Shown here piece after piece: positions 8,945 through 16,055 of a DNA stretch of 16,055 nucleotides. The position numbers and the translations under genes are program-made. This DNA comes from FCB group bacterium (GTDB taxonomy: Bacteria; Fidelibacterota; Marinisomatia; Marinisomatales; JAADGP01), in assembly GCA_013152315.1 (NCBI GenBank), contig JAADGP010000048.1:1-16055 (forward strand). The letters run 5' to 3'. The first letter of the stretch is position 1. Each line of letters begins with the position of its first letter. The notes below the pieces were generated by a model that saw nothing but the letters and a program-made list of their open reading frames with translations, ran no database searches and was not told where the DNA came from.

Positions 8945-10333
8945 ATGAAATACCCATTGTGTATGTTCGTTTACATTGTGCTGAACGGTCATCTTTTCGG
9001 ACAAGTTATTGATTCTTTTGGCGATGGTGATTTTTCCAATAATCCGGTTTGGGTCGGTGAGACCGGTTCATGGCAAATCGTTACCCGGGCAAGTTCCGGT
9101 CCGAACGCTTCAAATTCGTACACTCTGCGTCTTAATGCACCGGACGACAATTCCTCTTCTCAATATATCGCTACCCAAAAATCCGGTTCCTGGGGCGGCG
9201 AACAATCCTGGGGTTTTTGGATAGGCCGCAGATCCTCTTCGCCCGCCACGTCCGGTAACTACAGTGTGGTTTGGCTCTGGGCCAATGAATCTAATCTGGA
9301 ATCCACTACCGTGGACGGGTACCGGATTCGATTCGGCGATAGTTCGGGAGATGATGAAATCCTTTTACAACGCGTTGACAATGGTAACGTGACTACGATT
9401 CTGACTTCCGCGGACGCAATCGCCAACGGGCTGGATGATATCGGGTTTTTAATCCGGGTCACCAGGAACAGTAATTCCATCTGGACGCTTTACACTTCGC
9501 AATTACCGACCGCCAGCGGAGAACTATACGGGGCTACCACCACACCAACTCCGGACAATACACCGGTTAACCAAGGCAGTGTGACTGATAACACGTACAC
9601 CTCTTTTGATGACGGTTATTTCGGATTTATGGCGATTCACACGACCAGTTCAATCGCACGCCAGGGAGCTGAATTCGACCAATTATATTTTGACCCCAAC
9701 AGCGATTCCTCCCTACCAGTCGAATTGAGCTTTTGGAGGATCAGAAATGAAAACACAACGGTAATTATCGATTGGACCACCGAATCGGAGATTAACAACC
9801 TGGGCTTTATAATAGACCGGCGAGAAATCGCCGAAGATCGATCCCCGCTAATTTCGCAAAGCGACTGGATCAAGATTGCCGGTTATAAAACCGATCACCG
9901 ATTGGCGGGACAGGGATCGGTAACACACCGCACCCATTATTCCTTTACCGACACGGATGTTCGCCCGCACCGGACCTACCAATATCGGTTATCCGACGTG
10001 GATTACTCCGGCAACGTGACCAACCACGGAATAAAAACCATCACCGTTAAAACAGAAGCCATTGCCTGGGGCGCCGCCTGTCCCAATCCTTTTAATCCCA
10101 ATCTCCGGATATCCTTACAGCTCGCGGAACCATCTCCGATTATGGTTAACGTATACGATCTCCGCGGAAGCCGTGTGGCTTCGTTAATCGATGAAACACT
10201 TTCGGAAGGGAGGTATACCATTAGTTGGGAAGGAAAGAACGATCGGGGGATTCCGGTCCCCGGCGGCGTTTATTTTATCCGGTTACGGAGCAAAAGTGAC
10301 ACGAAAATCCAAAAAGTCGTGTTAATCCGTTAA
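8945..10333 (+). CDS. Secreted/cell-surface beta-rich protein with C-terminal FlgD-like / T9SS type A-like sorting domain
   Basis: Signal-like N-terminus; 'DSFGDGDFSNNPVWVGETGSWQI' opening; 'LPVELSFWRIRNENTTVIIDWTTESEINNLGFIIDR' linker; 'PNPFNPNLRISLQLAEPSPIMVNVYDLRGSRVASLIDETLSEGRYTISWEGKNDRGIPVPGGVYFIRLRS...KVVLIR' C-terminal tail. Confidence 0.75.
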   Translation: MKYPLCMFVYIVLNGHLFGQVIDSFGDGDFSNNPVWVGETGSWQIVTRASSGPNASNSYTLRLNAPDDNSSSQYIATQKSGSWGGEQSWGFWIGRRSSSPATSGNYSVVWLWANESNLESTTVDGYRIRFGDSSGDDEILLQRVDNGNVTTILTSADAIANGLDDIGFLIRVTRNSNSIWTLYTSQLPTASGELYGATTTPTPDNTPVNQGSVTDNTYTSFDDGYFGFMAIHTTSSIARQGAEFDQLYFDPNSDSSLPVELSFWRIRNENTTVIIDWTTESEINNLGFIIDRREIAEDRSPLISQSDWIKIAGYKTDHRLAGQGSVTHRTHYSFTDTDVRPHRTYQYRLSDVDYSGNVTNHGIKTITVKTEAIAWGAACPNPFNPNLRISLQLAEPSPIMVNVYDLRGSRVASLIDETLSEGRYTISWEGKNDRGIPVPGGVYFIRLRSKSDTKIQKVVLIR

Positions 10334-11148
10334 TCCTTTTTCTTCTGTTCCTGGGATAATTTTCGGCTGGCGCTGTACAAGTCCGCCTTTTCTTTTTCCG
10401 TCAGTCCTTCATACCCCACCCGGTTAATTTTATCCAGTAACCGGTCGATCTCTTTCTGCAATTCCCGCCTTTTTGATAAACGCCGTTCTTCCCGCAGACT
10501 TTTCAGATCCACAACCCGTCGACGAAAAGCAATCTTCAGATTTCGCCATTGTTGATCCGACCGCAAATACAAATAACCAACCAACATGCCGGACAAATGG
10601 GTCAAATTGCTGATTTTCGAGGTTGTATCGAAAGATGAGAAAAAGGCCAGAGCTCCGATAAGAAGCACAAACCATTTTACTTTGACGGGAAACAGAAAAT
10701 AAATATACACCGTGCGGTTCGGGAACATTAAACCGTAGGCCATCAGGATACCGTAGATCGCTCCACTTGCACCTATCAGAATGGCGTAAGGATTGGTAAT
10801 ATTAAACAACAGCCAGATCAATCCCGAGCCGATACCGGTTATAAAGTAATATTTTAAAAATGCCTTTCGGCCCCAAACCATTTCCAGCTCCGTGCCGAAC
10901 ATCCACAACACAAACATATTAATGGTAACGTGCCAAAATCCGCCGTGAATAAACATATAGGTTACCGGCTGCCAAATCATTGGGAATACGGTGCTGGCAG
11001 AAAGTCCGAATACCCGGGTTAAAACCGGAGCCAGCGTCCGCATTAAATACAAAACAATGTTTATTCCGATCAGGATCTTGATTGCATCGGTAAAGATCCG
11101 CGGTTTCCAGGAAAATTGTCCGTATTCCGATTGAAACTGGTAGCGCAT
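10330..11148 (-). CDS. Rhomboid-family intramembrane serine protease
   Basis: 'YMFIHGGFWHVTINMFVLWMFGTELE', catalytic 'IGASGAIYGILMAYGLMFPN' and 'LTHLSGMLVGYLY' (conserved His), plus a basic cytosolic C-terminal extension. Confidence 0.9.
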   Translation of the reverse strand: MRYQFQSEYGQFSWKPRIFTDAIKILIGINIVLYLMRTLAPVLTRVFGLSASTVFPMIWQPVTYMFIHGGFWHVTINMFVLWMFGTELEMVWGRKAFLKYYFITGIGSGLIWLLFNITNPYAILIGASGAIYGILMAYGLMFPNRTVYIYFLFPVKVKWFVLLIGALAFFSSFDTTSKISNLTHLSGMLVGYLYLRSDQQWRNLKIAFRRRVVDLKSLREERRLSKRRELQKEIDRLLDKINRVGYEGLTEKEKADLYSASRKLSQEQKKKD

Positions 11149-11149
11149 T

Positions 11150-12007
11150 CTAATTCCGGTATTTTAACTGACGGACTTTAATACGATTCTTTACATTCAT
11201 CAAGGGGGTCATTGCGCTGGGCGGCGCTTCCGGCACCGTCAACTGCGGCATACGGAAAATCGACACCTTAAGTTTCGGATCCTGTTGCAGGGCATAAGCC
11301 GCGCTCACAAACAAATCCCGGGGAAAGAACCCTTTAATTTGTTCATATCCCAAAGCGTTTAATCCATCGCGAATAATGGTCGCGCAACTGCGGGTGAAAA
11401 AGTTGAAATCGGCATACTTCTCCGGTCGTTTCGGATCGGGAGGCGTGTTTTTAATACGGTCCAATTCGGCGTGGTAGAAGGCTTTCAGCCGGTCGGTGTC
11501 AATTCCTTCCACGTGCACCACATGGATGGTACGCATAAAATTCCGGCCGAACTTGTCGTAATAGGGACGGCCATTCTCCAATTCGACAAATTTGCCGGTT
11601 GTCGGAGAAGGGGCAAACTCACCCAACGCCGGCCGGTAAAAATATTCTTCCTTCGTCATTGCTTCATTTTCATTCGCCAAATGGGAGAAATTAAAGATTT
11701 CTCCGCAAATGTTTATCGCCGTGTGTCCAAAAGCGGAAGCCCAGTACTTTACTAACCGTTCGTTGTAATAAAGTTCCATGAAGGGTCTTTCCGGAAACGG
11801 GTCATCGGGCCACATGATCACAATTCTCTTTCCCGTTTCGTAATCGCGCTGCGGAATACGCCGCGCCAAAACCGGTTTTCCCGACCAGTGTTTAAGATAC
11901 CCCTCCCAAATTCGATCCTCTTCCAGGAAGTGTTCGCCGTTCGGACCAAGAAGATAGGATTTTTCCCCTTCCACCGTCAGGATTCCCTTATATACGACTC
12001 CTTCCAT
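11150..12007 (-). CDS. Hypothetical protein, possible circularly permuted papain/NlpC-P60-like (DUF4105/Lnb-like) domain
   Basis: 285 aa with 'SAFGHTAINICGEIFNF' (candidate catalytic His95) before 'NFFTRSCATIIRDGLNALG' (candidate catalytic Cys208). The His-before-Cys order fits permuted papain-like families. No obvious signal peptide. Confidence 0.45.
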   Translation of the reverse strand: MEGVVYKGILTVEGEKSYLLGPNGEHFLEEDRIWEGYLKHWSGKPVLARRIPQRDYETGKRIVIMWPDDPFPERPFMELYYNERLVKYWASAFGHTAINICGEIFNFSHLANENEAMTKEEYFYRPALGEFAPSPTTGKFVELENGRPYYDKFGRNFMRTIHVVHVEGIDTDRLKAFYHAELDRIKNTPPDPKRPEKYADFNFFTRSCATIIRDGLNALGYEQIKGFFPRDLFVSAAYALQQDPKLKVSIFRMPQLTVPEAPPSAMTPLMNVKNRIKVRQLKYRN

Positions 12008-12008
12008 C

Positions 12009-12695
12009 TCAGGTCAATATTTGTTTGATTACGGAGAAAGATTTCAACTCTTTCAAACCCTCAAAATGGTACTGCAGATATAAGGATAAATATTCGCTGA
12101 TTGCCTTTCTGTCTCTTGCCGTAACCGTAACCTTCGGTAATGATTCCAGTGTTCCTTTCTGCAAACTGTTCAAAATGATTCTGCTGTTGGGCCCCGAGTA
12201 GGGGTCGGGAAGCCGCAGTCCCGGGAAATCGCGTTTTTCAAAGTCCGGCTGAAAACCGAGGATTTTTAACAATTGTATTTCGTAGTGCCAAAAAACAAGA
12301 TTGAGCTGTTCGGAACGTGCATTAAAAGCACGTAAGGTCTCAACCAATTTATCGAATAAGTCCCGGTGGGGGTCGTGGTCGGTTACTGTTTTATCAGTGA
12401 GTTCTATCGCGGCCAAACTGTACGTGATTTTCTTCAAATCGTCACGAATCCGGGGCCAGGTTTCAACAAAGCCGGCTTTTGATATCGTTTGCAATTCCCT
12501 GGTTTCTTTGTAGAAAAAAATCAGATCCAAATAGTTCGTGGGTTGAAAATAGGCCGCCAGCGGGGCTTTTTTCCTCCGCGCACCGCGAACCAGCAAATTT
12601 ACCTTGCCCATTTCCCGGGTAAAGCAGCGGGTCGTTAAACTGGTTTCGCTATAGGGAAAACTTTTGAGGACGATGGCCGGTGTCTGGACAATCAT
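12009..12695 (-). CDS. recO: DNA repair protein RecO
   Basis: 'MIVQTPAIVLKSFPYSETSLTTRCFTREMGKVNLLVRGARRKKAPLAAYFQPTNYLDLIFFYKETRELQTISKAGF' matches the RecO OB-fold N-terminus; 'EIQLLKILGFQPDF' is the typical mid-region. Confidence 0.9.
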   Translation of the reverse strand: MIVQTPAIVLKSFPYSETSLTTRCFTREMGKVNLLVRGARRKKAPLAAYFQPTNYLDLIFFYKETRELQTISKAGFVETWPRIRDDLKKITYSLAAIELTDKTVTDHDPHRDLFDKLVETLRAFNARSEQLNLVFWHYEIQLLKILGFQPDFEKRDFPGLRLPDPYSGPNSRIILNSLQKGTLESLPKVTVTARDRKAISEYLSLYLQYHFEGLKELKSFSVIKQILT

Positions 12696-12872
12696 GGGGA
12701 CCCGTACAACTTTGTCCCCCGTTTCCGAACCGTTACCTGTTTTTGCAAACCGAACACCTCCTTCCGGTCCCTGATGGATGATTGCTCTCCCCTGGGCAAA
12801 TCAACCCGGTACTCTCATATCCGATTATTGCAAAATTACTTAACACGCATTGTCTTCGGAAAATTATTTGGG

Positions 12873-14342
12873 TTAATACGCTTTGGCGAAAATTACCTCG
12901 TACCGGGCCGGTTTTCCACTGTAAATACAGGTCAATCCTTCCGGGTTACCGTCAAAAGGGATACATCGAATGGTGGCTTTCGTTTCATTTTTGATTGCCG
13001 CTTCGGTTTCTTCCGTACCATCCCAGCCGCAACGGACAAAGCCACCCTTATTGGCAATAACATCGCGAAATTCCTCATAGGAAGTTAACCGGTACGTATT
13101 TTCTTCGCGGAAAGCCAGAGCCTGATCATACAATTCCCGCTGTATGTCATCAAGCAATTCGGGCACGATTTCACCCAACCGTTCCTTGTCCACCACGGTC
13201 TTCTCACCTTTGTCCCTTCTTGCCAGCACGACTTTATTGTTGGCAACATCCCTGGGACCGATTTCCATCCGCAACGGCGCGCCCTTCATCTCCCATTCGT
13301 TAAATTTGAATCCCGGGGAATTGTCGGTCCAGTCTTCGTGGACGCGGATTCCCTTTTCCTTAAGTGTCGTAACAATCGGGGCCAGGAATGAACGAACCGC
13401 TTCGCGATCGTCATCGCTACGGAAAATAGGGACAACAACCACCTGGTAAGGCGCTATCCGCGGTGGCAACCGCAACCCTTTGTCGTCCCCATGGGCAAGG
13501 ATGATGGCTCCAATAAGCCGGGTACTGACGCCCCAACTGGTCGCGTAAACGTATTTCTCCTGATTGTCACGGGTTTGAAAGGTGACATCAAAAGCCTTGG
13601 CAAAGTTTTGTCCTAAATTGTGGGATGTTCCGGCCTGGAGCGCGCGTTTATCGCCCATCATGGCCTCGATGCACACGGTTTTTTCCGCCCCGGCGAATTT
13701 TTCCGATTCGGTTTTCACACCGGTAATCACCGGAATTGCCAGGAAATCTTCCGCCAATTGTCGATAGACCTCCAGCATTTTCAAGGTTTCTTCTTCCGCT
13801 TCTTCAGCCGTGGCGTGGGCGGTATGACCCTCCTGCCATAAAAATTCGGTGGTTCTTAAGAACAGGCGCGTTCTCATTTCCCAACGCACAACATTGGCCC
13901 ACTGATTAATCAACAACGGCAAATCACGGTACGACTGAATCCATTTCTTGTACATGGACCAAATCACCGTCTCCGAAGTGGGACGCACAATCACCTCTTC
14001 CTCCAGGCGCGATTCCGGATCAACGATGATATCTCCGTCCTCCGTAGCCTTCAGACGGGTATGGGTAACGATAGCACACTCCTTGGCGAATCCTTCCACG
14101 TGGGCGGCTTCCCGCGCTAAAAAAGACTTGGGAATAAACAAGGGAAAGTAGGCGTTGACATGCCCGGTTTCCTTAATCATGTCATCCAGGGATTTCTTGA
14201 TATTATCCCACAACGCGAACCCATACGGTTTAATCACCATGGTCCCTTTCACGGGTCCGTAATCGGCCAGGCCGGCCCGGCTGATTACTTCGGTGTACCA
14301 GGCGGCATAATCTTTTGAGCGGGGAGTAATTCCTTTAGACAT
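12873..14342 (-). CDS. proS: Prolyl-tRNA synthetase, type 3 (archaeal/eukaryotic-like)
   Basis: 489 aa, '[41 protein letters not shown]', '[65 protein letters not shown]', '[20 protein letters not shown]', '[43 protein letters not shown]', C-terminal '...FAKAY'. RBS-like AAAGGAAG precedes the ATG. Confidence 0.97.
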   Translation of the reverse strand: MSKGITPRSKDYAAWYTEVISRAGLADYGPVKGTMVIKPYGFALWDNIKKSLDDMIKETGHVNAYFPLFIPKSFLAREAAHVEGFAKECAIVTHTRLKATEDGDIIVDPESRLEEEVIVRPTSETVIWSMYKKWIQSYRDLPLLINQWANVVRWEMRTRLFLRTTEFLWQEGHTAHATAEEAEEETLKMLEVYRQLAEDFLAIPVITGVKTESEKFAGAEKTVCIEAMMGDKRALQAGTSHNLGQNFAKAFDVTFQTRDNQEKYVYATSWGVSTRLIGAIILAHGDDKGLRLPPRIAPYQVVVVPIFRSDDDREAVRSFLAPIVTTLKEKGIRVHEDWTDNSPGFKFNEWEMKGAPLRMEIGPRDVANNKVVLARRDKGEKTVVDKERLGEIVPELLDDIQRELYDQALAFREENTYRLTSYEEFRDVIANKGGFVRCGWDGTEETEAAIKNETKATIRCIPFDGNPEGLTCIYSGKPARYEVIFAKAY

Positions 14343-14753
14343 AAAGCTTCCTTTATTTTAACTACAGAAATTTTGGTATTAAGATCCGATAATGCCTGCG
14401 GACGATATGAATACTAAGCATTAAAAAGGGTAATTTTAACCGTAAATAACCGACGGGAAAATTAGCGGGGATCGGGAGGGCTTTCCAACAGAAAGGTTTG
14501 GCTTTATAAAATCCCCACCAATCTACGCCAAGATTGCTCATGATATAACAGCAATGAATTATCGGACTGACACCCTGTTTCTTCTATTTGCCCTTCTCCA
14601 CTAAGCGGATAAGCCCGTATTCTTTTGAATCATAATGCAATCGATATCCAGTTTTTTTGGCTCTTGAATCCTGTCTTCCACCCCCTCCGGGAACGCCCAG
14701 CTTTATCTTTCATCGCTACTCCAAATGCGCCTATTTTCCTTCGAACTATTGTT

Positions 14754-16055
14754 ATGAAAGGACAAACAATTCTCGCTTTGTTTATCGGATCGGTCATGTC
14801 TGTGCTTATGGCGGAAAAGGGAACAACACTTTTTACCGATTGCCACGTGTTCGGGTACCCGGAGGCGAATGCAATTCTAAGCGAAAACGGCACCATCACG
14901 GTAATCGGCTCCGCCACCGATTTCTCCGCTGAAGATACCGTGTCCCTGAAAGGCGGCTATCTTTATCCCGGTTTTACCGACGCGCATCTTCACTTGACAG
15001 GATTGGGCTGGTCCCTGGAGGTTCTGGACCTGGTCGGGACCAAATCAGCGGAAGAAATTGTGGCTCTGGTTTCCGAAGCGACAACCCGAACCGGAAAACG
15101 GCGCTGGATCCAAGGGCGGGGTTGGGACCAAAACGATTGGGCAATTCCGGAATACCCAACCAAAAACCTGCTGGACCGCGTAGCGCCGGACGTTCCCGTC
15201 TGTTTACGCCGCATTGACGGCCACGCCGTCTGGGTAAATTCACGTGCCCTGGAAATTGCCGGTATCACGGCCGATTTCGCCGATCCGGACGGCGGTAAAA
15301 TCCTGCGCGACGAACACGGCGCCCCCACGGGAATTCTGATCGACAATGCCATCGCCCTGGTTGTCTCCCACATCCCTCCCGACACAAAAGAAGACAAGCG
15401 GCGTTACGTTTTGCGGGCAACCGCCCTGCTCAATTCCCTGGGAATCACCGCGGTCCACGATGCCGGTACCGACGCGGAAACCATTGCCGTTTTAAAAGAA
15501 CTTACCGCCGAAAACGCTCTTCCCCTCCGGGTTTATGCCATGTTAAACAACCAACCCGAGGACTATCAGGTATTCCTGGAATCCGGGCCTGAAACAGGCA
15601 ATCCCTTTTTAAAAGTGCGCGCAGTCAAATTATACCTGGACGGAGCTTTGGGCTCCCGGGGAGCCGCTTTATTGGCGCCCTATACCGACGATCCCCTTAA
15701 TTACGGTCTCATACTGACCGATTCCAGTGTGATTGCCCGGCAGGTTCAACGATTTAATACGGCTGGTTTTCAGGTCTGTGTTCATTGTATCGGAGACCGG
15801 GCCAATCGGATTGCGCTTGACATATTCGAGAACCTACGTCGCGTTATTCCCGGGGACCACCGCAACCGGATCGAACATGCGCAGATCGTTCACCGCCGGG
15901 ACATTCCCCGCTTCGCGATCCTGAACGTCATCCCCTCCATGCAAGCCACGCACTGTACCAGTGACATGTACTGGGCTGACGAACGACTGGGACCGGCGCG
16001 CCTGGAAGAGGCCTACCCCTGGCAATCGCTGGTGCGGTCCGGATCGATCATTGCC
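14754..16055 (+). CDS. Exported amidohydrolase, YtcJ-like (Amidohydro_3 family), C-terminus cut by window edge
   Basis: My translation from ATG 14754: MKGQTILALFIGSVMSVLMAEKGTTLFTDCHVFGYPEANAILSENG..., 'GGYLYPGFTDAHLHLTGLGWSLEVLDL', 'WIQGRGWDQNDW', 'DGHAVWVNSRALEIAGI', 'KLYLDGALGSRGAALLAPYTDDP', 'VHCIGDRANRIALD', 'NRIEHAQIV'. The frame is open to the window end, so it is missing from the ORF track. Confidence 0.93.
   Translation, partial: MKGQTILALFIGSVMSVLMAEKGTTLFTDCHVFGYPEANAILSENGTITVIGSATDFSAEDTVSLKGGYLYPGFTDAHLHLTGLGWSLEVLDLVGTKSAEEIVALVSEATTRTGKRRWIQGRGWDQNDWAIPEYPTKNLLDRVAPDVPVCLRRIDGHAVWVNSRALEIAGITADFADPDGGKILRDEHGAPTGILIDNAIALVVSHIPPDTKEDKRRYVLRATALLNSLGITAVHDAGTDAETIAVLKELTAENALPLRVYAMLNNQPEDYQVFLESGPETGNPFLKVRAVKLYLDGALGSRGAALLAPYTDDPLNYGLILTDSSVIARQVQRFNTAGFQVCVHCIGDRANRIALDIFENLRRVIPGDHRNRIEHAQIVHRRDIPRFAILNVIPSMQATHCTSDMYWADERLGPARLEEAYPWQSLVRSGSIIA

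Noticed and set aside
11471-11755. 94 aa plus-strand ORF
   Set aside because: Antisense to the operonic 285 aa ORF whose tight junctions to recO and rhomboid support the minus-strand reading.
13144-13449. Plus-strand ORF opposite proS, and others at 13582-13767 and 13948-14151
   Set aside because: Antisense shadows of proS.
14657-14932. 91 aa plus-strand ORF upstream of and overlapping the amidohydrolase, and the 95 aa minus ORF at 14630-14917
   Set aside because: Out of frame with the amidohydrolase, which starts at 14754 with a credible signal peptide. Neither has recognisable protein features.
14990-15397. 135 aa plus-strand ORF and minus-strand ORFs 14974-15243, 15240-15458, 15834-16025
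   Set aside because: Alternative frames within the amidohydrolase coding region, where conserved family motifs fix the true frame.

Overview
Ordinary-looking bacterial chromosomal window, about 16 kb and nearly fully coding. Secreted-protein tails suggest a Calditrichota/KSB1/Ignavibacteria-like lineage, but that is inference only. I see no CRISPR array, tRNA, rRNA or transposon. Left to right: (i) a truncated Wzx/MATE-type polysaccharide flippase and a FemAB/BioF2-like N-acyltransferase, both minus strand. (ii) eno followed by an FtsB/DivIC-like gene, plus strand. The FtsB-like gene has no ATG/GTG/TTG start that would retain its transmembrane segment. (iii) A minus-strand cluster with two MotA-like and three MotB-like genes plus one small exported SH3-like protein: motA1-motB1-exported protein-(231 nt gap)-motA2-motB2-motB3. 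(iv) A divergent secreted beta-rich protein with a FlgD/T9SS-type C-terminal tail. (v) A compact minus-strand series proS(type 3)-recO-predicted permuted papain-like protein-rhomboid protease. (vi) The start of an exported YtcJ-like amidohydrolase, plus strand, running off the window. The best candidate for something undescribed is the non-flagellar stator cluster. Its two consecutive MotB paralogs (4192-4893 and 4880-5623) differ at the essential membrane Asp: one has YGD, the other has YAS (Asp replaced by Ser). This suggests a hetero-dimeric, asymmetric B subunit. No other flagellar genes are visible in the window. All family calls come from motif recognition in the translations; no database search was run.
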